Below, one piece after another: positions 25,566-37,639 of a DNA stretch of 64,000 nt (the stretch's first letter is position 1; every line of letters begins with the position of its first letter). The notes beneath the pieces are model-generated. The model was not told where the DNA came from. It searched no databases and worked only from the letters and a program-made list of their open reading frames with translations. The position numbers were made by a program, and so were the translations under genes. The stretch comes from Podarcis filfolensis (lineage: Eukaryota): NCBI GenBank assembly GCA_964270895.1, contig OZ185443.1; one strand, 5' to 3'.

Positions 25566-26013
25566 TTGGTCCCTGGCCCCTCTTTACCCGGCAGCCCCAG
25601 CGAGCGCACGAGGCGCGCGTTACTTGGCATTTGAAAATGACGCCGGAGCGCAAAAATGCGACCCTCAGGATTCCCTTCCGAAGTAAAGTAAATTGTCCTA
25701 CCTGTAGACGCGCTTGGCTCCTCCTGTTCAGCGTCGCTCGGCCTCCCCCCGCCCTCCCCCTCCCGAAACAACAGCCTCCTTTTAAGCATCGCGACAGTTA
25801 AGGCGCATGCGCGCTAGATGCCCTCCGCTCTCCTGCTACCAAAAGCACGCTCGCTGGTTACAGGCGCATACTCAGGAGAAACAACTACTAGCCTTGCGCG
25901 GGAAAAGAAGCATCCCCTCTACTTCCCTTCCCTTTCCCCACCCCAGCCTAGGCCCAGGCCCACGCTTCCTCTGCTTCCGACTAAACCCCAACCGTCGTCT
26001 CCAGAGCGCCCTC

Positions 26014-26051
26014 GAAAAGGAAGAGGCGCGCGCCTCGCGAGCGTTTTTATA
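26014..26051 (-). promoter_or_regulatory. TATA box plus 5'TOP initiator
   Basis: TATAAAAA lies 26-30 nt upstream of a C-initiated 13-nt pyrimidine tract, the usual start of ribosomal-protein and SNHG transcripts. Confidence 0.8.
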
Positions 26052-27510
26052 ATGGGGAGGAGGCCACGCCCACTTCTCGGGCACGGGGAGGGGGCTCGAG
26101 GGCCGGGCCAGTTGAGCCGTTGGTGCGAGGCGCGCGTGCGCACCGTCTCCCGCTTTCGGTTGGGCGAGGTTTCAGTCTCCCAAGTGCGCTTCGCGGAAGC
26201 CTGTACCTTGCCAGCAAGCGGGGCCTCCGCCTGCGACGCGGTTTAAATTGGCAGACTAGTCGTACTTGCATTGAGCTCTCTGAAACTACATTAATAAACT
26301 TAGTGGGGCTGAGGCCGGGCACCTCCACTTACACAGAAGGTAGGCTAGTTTATGGCGGAGCTGCTGTTAACCTACACAGCAGTCGTTATCGCGAAAGCAA
26401 CATGTGAGTGGGTTGTACGTGTAACGCAGCTGGTGGGCAGCCGCCTGTTAGTAGTTCTGAATTATTTTGGAGCAAATCGTGAAGTTACCTGTGAATTGAT
26501 ACATTTACAGAAGAGTTCTTACTGGTTTCCAAAGTAGTTCCCAGTAACGAATCGGAGACAGATAACGTACAGTATTCGTTTTACTGTGCAACGAATTAAG
26601 CAAAGCACACCGAGCCCCGTGAACCCGTTTCTCGGATGGGGTAGGGAAACCACGATCTCTTTGTGTGATGTAATATGTGAAATAGTCTGGTACTAGAGAA
26701 ATTCGTGCCATCAAACACATCCTAGTCAAGAGAAACATTAAAAAACAGCAGCGATCCTTTCGGGATACTGTATACATTTAAACAAATAAACAATGATTGG
26801 TGGGTGCTACTGTGCTTTTCATTCAATCTGCCGTACCCGGAAAACTTAAAAACACTGATACGTAGTAGGAAATCAATTTGGCCACTGGATGGTGCTTTTG
26901 TTTCATAACCTTGACCAAATTTTGAGGGGAAAGGTTTACATATTTAAATAATGCAGTTACTTTTATGTTTTAACTGCTTGTAATTATGTATATATTCCAT
27001 ATATGGGATGCAGTAATCAATAATTACATTTTTTTTGCTAGTCGCAACTTGCACCAAACCTGCTGCCCCAGCCTCCAGCAAGGGCATTCCAGAATGGGCA
27101 TTACTGCTTGAAGGAGAGAGTTGCTAGTTGGGCATCCCTGCTTGAAAGTGCCCTGAGCACCTTTATGCAGGAACATCCAACATCCTCCCTTGCTGAAGGA
27201 AAATAGCAGTTTGGGTGCAAGTGAGTAGAGAGTCCCTGTTTGAAGTGGGCTTTTAGGTAGGGAAGTCCAACAGGCACATTCTGCTTGTCCGCCTTTACTG
27301 TACTGGGGAGCAGCAGGAAAGGATTGCCAGTTGAGTCCTATGAGGCTAAGACTCTCCATATGTCTTTTGGCTGTGCAACTGCCAAACAGCTTCCAACTTT
27401 CCTCGCATTTGAGGAGATGTTGAGGATCTCTGTCTACCTCTGCAGCTTCAGATTTGGAAGGTTTAGCACCTGACTGTGCTCTTCAGAGGGAGGTACTATA
27501 GTCATTAGCT

Positions 27511-27570
27511 GGGAGTTGGGCTAGATGATGCTTCAATTCTTTCAACTCTATAGTTAAGATTCTATGATTC
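27511..27570 (+). mobile_element. CR1-type 3' tail
   Basis: gttgggctagatgat..ttcaactcta..gattctatgattc, the CR1 3' stem and ATTCTRTG-type terminal repeat. Confidence 0.7.
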
Positions 27571-29302
27571 ATCAAGCTGAGCAGAATTATTGAAAATAGT
27601 GATGCCTTTTATTACTACAAAAATGTTCCATCTTTGCAAATCAGTTGTTGAGACTGATGGTGTCTTTAGTATACAAATCAACCCAAATTTATATGTCTTC
27701 CCCCCAAAATTTTGAGCAGTGTATGTATTCCCCAAAGGCAAAGAGAGACTTGGTGCACATATATGCTTTCTAGAATGTTGGGTTGTGACCCAAGTGCTTT
27801 AATAACAGGACTGCTCATTATTGTTTGTAGAGGCTTTCTGAAAAGTTGATGAGCAGTAGGGATGGTTTCAGTTTCTGCTTTCATTCCAATTGATACTGGA
27901 GGCATTGCACTGTAACCAGAATTTTAAAGCTTTGTTCCGTATTGTAGTCACATTAAGTGCCGCTGCAGACAAGCTATAATCTCTGGAATTACACATATAA
28001 TGTAGATGGTTTTAGCTATTGTTGTTTGTCTCTACTTAAAGCCAAACAGTTTATTCAAGTTTTTATTTTTTGCTTTTAGAATAAATTGAAGTGAATTTAT
28101 TAGGATTTCTTAGCCAACTTGGATGTTCCAAGAGATACTCCATAGCCTCTGGTATTAATGGTGTTGAAGATTTAGACACAGATTGACTATTGTGACACAA
28201 ATTTAGAACAAGGAGTATATTGTCATGTATATCTCAAGTTGTTCCTGTTCTTCACTTCATATGTAATAAGCTGCCAGTCAGCTGTAACTGAGGGTTAAGT
28301 GCAACTTTTTTTCTGCAGTGTGAGAGGATGCTTAACAGGACATTGTGCTGCCTGACACAGAGCCATTGCTGCTTCCCTGTGAGCCCCACTTCTGCACTGA
28401 TCACTTCTTCCTTTCATTTTTGTCACTGCTAAAATGTGGATGTGCCAAGGCTCTCCAGCGACTTCCGCTGACAGTATGCTGCTCTCTCTTTTCTTCCCAA
28501 CCCTATACTGCATATAACACCAATGTCTCACAACAAATGTAACTGAAGAACCTGAAGAAAGAGACAATGCATGTGCTCTTGAAAACAAGGGGAAATTATT
28601 GTGTGTGTTTTTTTAAGAAGAAAAGGAGTGTGTAGCAGCCCCCAATATTTAAAGAGCCCCACCCCTATTACATCATTAGAACCAGAACGTAAACCTATGA
28701 AACTAGAAAAGAGCAAAAAATATCAATGTTTGGTCCAGATGCTAGGTACTGCACCCTCACTAAAAGAGACTTATGGCCTCAAATTCTCTTTATTTTATAT
28801 GCTGCTTTATTACAACAATGACAACTAGTCTACTGATCCTAAACTGAATAGTTAGTTGCCCAACCACCCGCTCCAAAACCCACTGCTCTCAACTGCCTCA
28901 CATTCAAACTCCCTTTCAAACCATCATCCAGTCATCACTCACCACCAGAATTCCCAAATCTCTTTCTCACCCTCCTTAACATTCCCATAATAATTTTGAT
29001 ACAATTACCTTAATAACCCTATTACATTCAATATTTTATACATGCTGCTCCCTATAACCACACTGTTTGAAGCACTTGAGCTTCCTATTCCTGGTTTCTA
29101 GAAAATGGGGGTGAGCAAACTGCAGGTTCTCCATCCCTGTTCTAAAAAGCAGATGTCTTCCCCCCAAATGATCCTGGGAATTGTAGTTTGTTAGGGGTTC
29201 TGGGGATTGTAAGTCTGTGAGAGGGAAGCCACAATGGCACAAATCATTTCAGGGGAAGTCATGTGCTTTAAAGGCGCATTGGATGCTCTTTAAAACATAG
29301 CA

Positions 29303-29515
29303 TCATAGAATTGTAGAGTTGGAAGGAATCGCGAGGGTCATCTAGTCCAACCTCCTGCAATGAAGGAATCTCAACTAGATGATCCATGGCCAATGGCCAT
29401 CCAAGTGCTGCTTAAAAACCTCCAAGGAAGGCGAGTCACTGCTTTAGGCCCTAAGGGCCTCTGGAGCAGGAGAAAACAAGCTTGCTCCATCCTCCATGTG
29501 ACAGCCCTTTAGACT
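29303..29515 (-). mobile_element. CR1 LINE 3' fragment
   Basis: catagaattgtagagttggaagg..gggtcatctagtccaacc is the reverse of a CR1 3' end, continuing into CR1-like body sequence. Confidence 0.75.
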
Positions 29516-29667
29516 TTAGTTATTGAAAGGGCTGCATGGTGTGGATCTCATATCAGTGTTATGAGAGTGTAAGCAACACATTTCTCTCTCCCCTTTCTCC
29601 ACCCCATGCAGAATTGCAATGGTAAACAGAAGGCTGGAGTTTGGAGCCCAGCCAGGACTGGCTGTGG

Positions 29668-29741
29668 ACAGGATCCTTGCATTGCCGGGGGGTTAGACTA
29701 GATGACCCTTGGATTCCCTTCCAACCCTGCCATTCTATGAC
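29668..29741 (+). mobile_element. CR1-type 3' tail
   Basis: ggttagactagatgaccctt..cccttccaaccct..attctatga. Confidence 0.75.
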
Positions 29742-30051
29742 TATATCAAGCAGCTAAAGGAACAAAAAGATGCTTCTGAAACATTTGGGAATCATAGGAA
29801 CACTCTCCCCACAGGTGGTTTCCAGCAAGAGCTTGCATCTTCCTTGGGAGAGAGACAGGCCAGAACAAAAGCGGGAAAGGCTTAGAGTTCAGGTAGGTGG
29901 AAATGCCACTTGAGTGCCCTATACTATAGGAATGCTTCCTTCCCGTGTCCCCCACCCTCATGTGCCAGACTGCTGCTAGCCTGGCTGGAAGCCAGGCACC
30001 TGCTGATTCCTCCATTTTCTTTGCAGGGAAGGAGCCTTTCCCTAGCATATA

Positions 30052-30685
30052 CCATATTTTTCGCTCTATAGGACGCACCGGACAATAGGACGCACCTTGT
30101 TTTAGAGGGGGGAGAACAAGAAAAAAAAAATCTCCCCCTCTCTGCCCAGCGCCCCTTCAGTGAAGCGGCAGGAGGCGCTGCACAGAGAGGGGGAGAATTT
30201 TCCCCCTCTTGTTTCCCCCCTCTAAAACAAGGTGCCGTTTAAGGTGCGTTCAGTCGCCTTCAGGCGGCTACCTTGGAAGCCTGGAGAGCGAGAGGGGTCG
30301 GTGCGCACTGACCCCTCTCGCTCTCCAGGCTTCAGGTTCCTTTCGACCTGCTCTTTGGGGCTGGCGGGGGGAAGCCCACCAAAAGCCCCAAAGAGCAGGT
30401 CGGGGAGCAGCGGAAAGGCGCGCAGCGGAGAGGATGCTGCCATAGTCGCGCGTCACCTCTCCAGCTGGGAGAGGGTCGCGGGGCTATGGCTTCTTTAGCC
30501 CCGTGCGCGCTCTCCCGGATGGAGAGGTGGCACGCGGCTAAAGAGGCTCCTGCCATAGCCACGCGTCACCTCTCCAGCCGGGAGAGGGTTGCGGGGATAT
30601 GGCTTCTTTGCTCCATAGGACGCACACACATTTCCCCTTCATTTTTGAAGGGGAAAAAGTGCGTCCTATAGAGCGAAAAATACGG
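30052..30685. mobile_element. Tc2/pogo-like MITE (634 bp), same family as 15471-15973
   Basis: TIRs CCATATTTTTCGCTCTATAGGACGCAC and GTGCGTCCTATAGAGCGAAAAATACGG, TA on both sides. 58-bp palindrome at 30276-30333 and a duplicated ~60-bp hairpin module. Confidence 0.93.
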
Positions 30686-31399
30686 TACTTTGTTCTGGCC
30701 AAATCCATGGAGAGACTTGACGACCCTCAGGTACTGGGGGCAGAGGGAAGGGAGGGGTCCTTGTGAAACACGTTTGGGAAATCTGTGGCTTCCAGCAAGT
30801 GCTTTTCAGAAGCATTGCTCCCTCCAACAGGGGAGGCTGAGCATAGCCATCACGGCTAGTTGCCTTTGATAGGCCTCTCCTCCGTGCAATTGTCTAGCCC
30901 TCTTTGAAAGCCATCCCATCCAAGTTGCTCTTGTGGTGCATCTGTTTCTCCTATGCTTCCTTGCTCCTGCAAGGAGATGACTATTGTGAGATCCTTTGGT
31001 TAACATCTATCTGGGCTGGAAAATATTAAAGAATCAGACGACTGATGAGCTTCCCTTGAAGCACAACTGATCAAAGGCAGGCAGATCTGTTAGCATCTTG
31101 ATAAAGATGTCCAAATGACAAAGGATACTCTCATACCCTGCAAGTGTCTCAGAAAAAGCTCCCAAGCTGATGGAGAAGAGAGCAATTACCAGTAAGTAGT
31201 CAGTGGGGCTCCAGGTTGCCGTTTCTAGATCCCACCACAGCTTCCAAGTTGCCAAAGAAATCAATGTCACAACAGTTTTTTCCTTGCACCTCCTCCCCAT
31301 GATCCCACATGGGGCTTTCTCAGACATATGCTGTGTCTGAACCAGCAGATCCCACCAAACCAAGTAATTGAGGACCCAGTCAGAAAAGGAGTGTGCGCA

Positions 31400-31735
31400 G
31401 TTATACCAGAAATAAGCAAAATAAACAAGTACTAGAAGTCACCCCAGAACTGGCCCTACTGAACACCTTCCAAAATAACAATGCCCACTCAAACTAGAAA
31501 GAGCTCATAACCCACTGACAGCATATGATTCAATATGGCTAACTTAACCCGACAACCCGCCTCACCCACACACAAACAAATCCCACCGCAGCCAGCCAAA
31601 GACAATCAACCACACCCTAGGCCACCCCAACCTCTCCCACCATACATAACAACATAACGAAGGAATAGAAAGGGAACTTCTGCAAGTGACACTGGCAGAA
31701 AACCCCCAAACATACACTAAATAAAAGAACTTAAG
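31400..31735 (+). mobile_element. L1 3' remnant (ORF2 C-terminus plus CA-rich 3' UTR)
   Basis: Translates EISKI..QVLEVTPELALLNTFQNNNAHSN*KELITH, resembling the squamate L1 ORF2 C-terminus. Followed by a C/A-rich tract and aaataaaa. Confidence 0.6.
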
Positions 31736-31899
31736 CTTTGCCACCCCACTACCTCTCTCCTATTCCCCCCCCCGGGAGGTCCCGAGATTGGAATGTTGGC
31801 CCAGAAGAGTAGGAGCGACATTGGCAAATGCTATTTAAAGTTATATACTGTAATAGTAAGTTGCTACAGTTTTAACAACTTACTACTCCTTAAGCAGTA

Positions 31900-31953
31900 C
31901 AGTGGTACCTCGGGCTAAGAACTTAATTCGTTCTGGAGGTCCGTTTTTAACCT
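31900..31953 (+). mobile_element. Truncated end of Tigger-like MITE (family of 23460-23654)
   Basis: TA-CAGTGGTACCTCGGGCTAAGAACTTAATTCGTTCTGGAGGT nearly matches the left end of 23460. No second TIR follows. Confidence 0.8.
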
Positions 31954-32380
31954 TTTTTGCATGAAAGACCCAGGCCGTGGAGGTCAAGTAGTAGTAGATC
32001 TTCCTCTGTGATATGGACTGCTTCTTTCTGCATGTAAATATCAGTAATAGATGGTGCAAATAATTGCTGGACTGGATACATCCATGTGGCTTTGCTCATT
32101 TAATCACCCAGAGGTGGCAGTTCTTCTTGGGACACATAGCTTTATAGGGTTGGAAACTAGTTTTGAGCAGTTTGCCTTTCTAACCATTCATCTGTATTAC
32201 CTGGCCTACCCTGATCGATAGTGGCTGGGGTCTTTCCCAGTATTGTGACCTCAGGTAGATGTTTTTGGAATATAAGCTAAACCAACAGTCAATGAAATGG
32301 AGTGGGGGCAAGCTATAACTTGCGGTGTTGTCACATTTTATTTTACTGGGGAGGTGTTTTCAGCAGCGTCACACAGGTTA

Positions 32381-32622
32381 CAGTGGTACCTTAGTTCTCA
32401 AATGGCTTAGTTGTCGAACAAATCGGCTCCCGAATGCCGCAAACCTGGAAGTAAGTGTTGTGGTTTGCCAACGTTTTTGGGAAGCTGAACATCCGACGTG
32501 GCTTCTGCTAGAGTGCAGGAAGCTTCTGCAGCTAATCAGAAGCCACACCTTGGTTTTCGAACAGTTTCGGGAGTCGAATGGTTTCCCGGAATGGATTATG
32601 TTTGAGAACCAAGGTACCACTG
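32381..32622. mobile_element. Tigger/pogo-like MITE (242 bp)
   Basis: TIRs CAGTGGTACCTTAGTTCTCAAA and TTTGAGAACCAAGGTACCACTG (21/22), TA on both sides. Confidence 0.92.
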
Positions 32623-33639
32623 TATTTCTTTTAAGTGGAAATGGGGCCTTCTACATGTATTCTGCTAGTGAGCTATGGTGCTTTCCTGTGCTGTGCTGTC
32701 AAAAACTAAATTGTTTAGAAAACACCAGGCTGTTCTCCCTCTCACTTTTAATAGTGTTAAAATGCTGGGCTTTCTTCAGTATGGTTCTAAGTAACTTTTA
32801 TTGACTTCTGTATTGCTTCCCTTTACTGTAATACTATGGATGTGTAACTGTAGCACACTTGAAAAATTCTGTCATCAAAGATAATAAAATGACAAGGCAG
32901 CAAAACAAAGAGCCCCTCGGAATAATGTTATTAACATAGAAACAGCAGGCAGCTTCAAAAAAAAATATCTCTGAGGCAGCTGTTTCTATAGTACGTTGTA
33001 ACTTGCTGTCAAACAGTAAAAGAAACTGCATTAGAATAAAGTCACTACAAAAAATGTGGAGAGGCTGTTTTTTATCAGAGTTTATTGTTGCACAGCAGAA
33101 ATCATGCCACTATCAGAATAATGTCTAGTTTTATTTTCTTTTAAAAAATTTGAGAAAAACATTTCCAGCAATTTTCATTCAATGTGAATGAGAAGAATAT
33201 TACATCTATAAACACTGAAATACCTATTTTATTCTTCCTGAGGAAGCTTCACATTTTCCAGCAATAATAAGGATAATCTGTACAATATATTTTGAAGATT
33301 AGTTCCACTCCTCATTTTCTCATGTGTAGTACTGGGCAAATACTGCAGCAGAACCATGTGTAACTGCATGGATTGCTTGGTTTACTTCATTGTTTGTTTC
33401 CCTTTTGGTGTGTGTACCTTTAATAATGATGTCCTGTAAATAATCACACTGTTGTTGTTTTTACTGACACAACTGTTTCAGATAGCCAACTTTCAAAGTC
33501 ACTTCCGTGAGTTTTCAAAGAACTATGTTAAAGTAAATATGTAAAGATTTATGCTGGAATTTATTCTGACATGTGTTTGTGCAGTCATTTAAACTAGTGG
33601 GAGGTATAAAATGCCTACCTGAATTTTTGGATTCTTCAC

Positions 33640-33718
33640 AGTGCAGTCCTATACATGTGTACTCAAAAGTAGCTCTATTGAGACTTACAGGTAAGTGGGT
33701 ATAGGATTGCAGCCTAAA
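33640..33718. repeat. Short palindromic repeat (TGCAGTCCTATAC...GTATAGGATTGCA family)
   Basis: Inverted ends gtgcagtcctatac and gtataggattgcag. Related fragments near 9460, 47225-47258 and 59153-59290. Confidence 0.6.
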
Positions 33719-35960
33719 ACCAGTACTTTGCTTCAGAAGATTGGTTGTGTTTAGCAAACTATCATTCAAGGACACTTGCCTGCCACTAAAGATCTTTCTT
33801 TGAGTAATGCCAAGCTTCTACTTATCAAGCAAAAGTTTGAAAACCAGTAGATTGGAGGAACCTATTATAGATTTGTATGACAGGATAAGGAAGGAAGAAA
33901 GCACTCTTCTGCAGAGAATCGTTCACAAATGGAAAGGATACTGCATACATGTGGTTGTTCAAGTACAATTGTATATTTGTTCATAAAGTGGTAATGACAG
34001 AGATAAAGTTTGAGCTCTTGTTATTTCTATATTGAATAAAGGGGCCATTTGCACTCAGTTTATTGCTTTACTTAACAAAAAGGTAAGGAGTAGGACTAAT
34101 GGCTTAAAAGATTTCCTTATCAATGTAGTGCTTCCTAAATTGGGGGCTCCAAGCACGTTTAAGCATGTGAGCAGCTTTCCATTAAAATAATTGGGACTGA
34201 ACAGTCCTTAACCTTGGCTGGGTGATGCTACATCCAGTAAACGGTAATGAAAATAATGGTGCATAATTACTGTCTTATATCTAATATTTTGATATATTTG
34301 GTTAGAGATCTAGCCATTTAGTTTCAAAACACCCTGAGCCAAATATCAATAGAGTAAACTTGGTTCATAATATTTTCTAGCTTTGCTACACATTTAGTCA
34401 TTATAGTGTTGTAAAATATTAATTATCAGAGCTACATGCTTTCAGAAATTTCATCATCGGTTTTTAAAGTTAACTGTGTTCATAATTTTTTTAGGCCAGC
34501 AGCATAATGTTCATTGCTTAAAAAATAATTTTGATTAATTTGTTGTATTAACTTAACTGCAGATATTCGCTCCAAATGTCTTTCCATAGCTTGTGAATCT
34601 GTTCATTTTGAAAATACTAAAGAAATGCATAATATAGTACCTAAGAAATCCAAAGCATGTAGAACACATAATGATGTAAATAAAGCAAATCAGATATGAG
34701 TATGCTACTTGCCACTTTCTCCGTCTGATGTAGGACTAGTGAATCAGTGGAATCTTTTCCAATTTTAGGCATGAGGAGGGGAATTTGGGATGGGAAATCA
34801 GCTTAGCTAGTGGCAAAAGACTGACCAAAAAAGGATATGATTTTTTTTTTTAAAAAATACAATTATTTCACTGACATGATTTTTTTACTCCTGTGAACCT
34901 GAAAAATTATTTTACAAGTTTGGATTTAATTATTTTGGAATTCTTTGCTTCAACGATGTAAGGGTTTTTGTTTGTGGTATTCAAGCGAAACAATCAAAGC
35001 CTTGTAAATTATGCCTAAGTATTTTTCCTGCAGTAGCCAAAGACCCTGATCCAGTAAAAGGTGAATAGAATGTGTAAGACTGTGATTTGGGAGAATCTTC
35101 TGTACTTCGGGAAAATCTTAAATATCTAGAAGCCCTGGTTAGACATGCACTTCTGATGCTGATCTACAAGCAGAGCATCTGCAGCACTTCTTCCATCAGT
35201 CATTTGTTCAGGAAGGGACAGGTTCCACAATGCTACAGCAACTCCCAGTTCAGTGAATTGAGGTGAAAGGATTCAGCCAGCCAACTCAAATACATAATAT
35301 CCTTTCTTTGAATACTATGATGCATTCCCCACCTATGTTGTATTTCTAAACAACATAAACTGACTTAAAAAAAAAACCTAGTTCAGTGCTTTGAATCAGA
35401 TTGCAAAGGGGGAATACATCTGGCATTTTGTGCTACGTATTTTCTCATTTTAAAAAAGACACAGCATTGTAATCAAACAATAAGAAACCTCAGCAGGCAG
35501 ACAGTGGGTTACAAAACTGACATGAGACACAATATTCTTAAACTGATATGAATATAATATATAAAATTGTAAATATTTATTTTGATTTTGGACAGTTGTA
35601 TATTGTTTTTGAAACCTAGACCAGTTGCTTTTTATTTCCACCTTTGCACAGCAAGTTATAGGCACAACCCACTAGAAGTTTTCTTGTGCCAGCCCCAATG
35701 AAATAAGTGGGAGCTGGCCCATATGACCTTCCCTATGTAACCTCCATGAAACCAGAAACTGTAATGAAATACCATGCACTTCCAGAGACACAAGTGCACA
35801 CACTTTCACAGTCCACTTGCCAGCATATGGCACAAGCCTCACATTTTTGTTCTCTAGAAGAGATAGATTTCCCAACAGCTTTCTTGTAGTTACTAGAGAC
35901 TTTAGGTCTGATTATACTTGAAGTGAAGAAGAGCTCTCTCTAGAAGCATTTTCCCCAATG

Positions 35961-36080
35961 CTATCTCACTTTTTGTAGTTCCTGTCTCAGCCATGATGGA
36001 AGGGGTTGTCCCAATTTGTGTAGAAGCTTTGAGAGTTCCACATTGTGATCTCTGTAGTAGCTTGACAGAAAAACCCTGCA
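35961..36080 (-). CDS. NDST3: NDST3 terminal coding exon ([39 protein letters not shown])
   Basis: Matches the NDST3 C-terminus. Junction cctcag|TGC, stop TAG at 35963-35961. 120 nt. Confidence 0.96.
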   Translation of the reverse strand, partial: CRVFLSSYYRDHNVELSKLLHKLGQPLPSWLRQELQKVR

Positions 36081-36544
36081 CTGAGGGATACAAAAACCAA
36101 CATTTTATTTGGGGAAATACTACAGTGTCTATAGTATTTTGTCTTCCAATTTACTTTATCTTGATCTGAACTCAATCCATTATTTTTTTTTGTAAATCAC
36201 ATTTGGAACTAAGTATCAGCAACTGAATTACTTAAGGCACAGACAATTTAATCCATCTAATGACACTACACAGAAAAATGTTTCCTGCACACACAGCTTC
36301 CATTTCCAGCAGTTGGAGCTGCACTTGCAGAACCTTTTCCAAAAGCTTATGGCAGTATTAGAGTCTCTGAGAGGGAGTCCCAAGGGCTATGGGATTTGTT
36401 ACCAAAGAGATTCAACGCTCCCATGCCTTCTCTGTGAGACTACAATACTGCTCTAATGCTAGCGAGTCCTCCTCTTTCCACAACCACCTCTCAAGATGGG
36501 ACAAACTGCTGGTCCTGGAGCTAGACAGGTGGTAGGTAGCCTAT

Positions 36545-36635
36545 GGTCCTTCAGATGCCACTGGACTACAATTCCCAAGCCCCTGCCCATTGCCACGTTG
36601 GCTGTGGGAGTTGGAGTCCAAAGGTTGGGGGAACC
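36545..36635. repeat. Remnant of GGACTACAACTCCC palindromic MITE
   Basis: cagatgccactggactacaattccc...gggagttggagtccaa. Other degraded copies near 23925, 29155, 37010 and 59700. Confidence 0.55.
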
Positions 36636-37639
36636 CCCAGAACAGATTTATGGAGCTTGGGGGAGAAGAGAGGGAGGGGAAGTTCTGTTGTGCTGCCAGA
36701 AGTACAAATGGAACTACTTCGTTGGATACTGCCCCAACAATATTTGGAGGGGCACATGTTTGACTCCCATTTTAGAGGATAACATATTTGTACTATGAGT
36801 ACAATCTTAATCCCGCATCACCCTTCCCCTACTTTTCCTGATTGTGACTGTAGGGTGGTTCAAGACTAACTCACATGTAATGATCTTGAGTATGCACCTG
36901 ATAGAGGAAAAATAATTTTAACATGTGATAGTATACTTCACTTATCCTGGATCATTTTAGTAGTCCTAAACCAGGAGTAGCTGAGTAATGCTGTCCAGAT
37001 GTCATTGACTACAGCAACAGCCCCAGTTGTTATGGCCAAAGGTAAAGGATGATGGGAACTGTAATTCACCAACATCGGGGGGTACTATATTGGCTTCCTG
37101 TCCTAAGCAATCACAAATCTTTTGTCCACATTACTAGGTTAAATAGCAGTACTGGATCTAGCTTGATTGCCTAGACCCTAATCTAGTTTTAGAGTATTGG
37201 AACAATTTCAGTGTCTTTCCTGAATTTGTAGAGCCATTCTACTTAGTCAATAAAATAGCCATGTGATATTGTGTAAGATATTCTCTACATGGTAGTGAGC
37301 TTTATTGTAAAACCATGTTTGTGAATAAAAACTAAAAGTCTCCCACTCCTCTCTGATCACACTTTAATCATTTATGAATAAATGGGAACATTTATCCAAT
37401 TATTTGTGAATATACCACATAAAAGATCTTTCAATGCATCAATTTCTTAAGGGCTGCAGCATACAATACTGACAGAGATCTGATTTGGGGTGAAGAGTGC
37501 TTTAGGGGATGGGCTGCCCTATCAAGGAGAAATCAGACAGAATTGCCACTGACATTGGTTGTAACTTTAAGAACTGTAATTTTAAGAACTTGTGACGGAG
37601 TTTGTTTTCCCCTCTTCCTTCTCATTCCTTTCCCCCCTG

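Larger units (their letters stand above)
24355..26026 (-). ncRNA. SNHG8: SNHG8-like snoRNA host gene (spliced, 5'TOP, no conserved ORF)
   Basis: On the minus strand: TATAAAAA (26051-26044), then CCTCTTCCTTTTC (26026-26014). Donor candidates at 25871 (ga|gtatgc) and 25701 (cag|gtagga). SNORA24 is intronic. Internal exon ~25286-25223 (cacag|..ga|gtaaga). Acceptors at ~24867 (tcttttgcag) and 24706 (tcctttttgcag). AATAAA at 24378-24373. The position between PRSS12 and NDST3 matches mammalian SNHG8. Exon boundaries are predicted only. Confidence 0.78.
25340..26450. promoter_or_regulatory. CpG island / housekeeping promoter
   Basis: Sharp rise in GC content and CpG density against the CpG-depleted background. 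NRF1-type palindrome GCGCATGCGC at 25803-25812. GC/KLF box ggccacgccc near 26062-26071. ETS-like CTTCCG/CGGAAG cores. Confidence 0.9.

Noticed and set aside
25466-26407. Cluster of 70-142 aa ORFs on both strands
   Set aside because: Expected from the stop-poor GC content of the CpG island. No domain similarity, and one overlaps SNORA24.
27024-27359. 111-aa minus-strand ORF upstream of the host-gene promoter
   Set aside because: No recognisable domain, no supporting splice or promoter signals on that strand.
28830-29040. C/A-rich strand-biased tract resembling an L1 3' UTR
   Set aside because: No adjacent ORF2-like translation could be recovered, so it is left uncalled.
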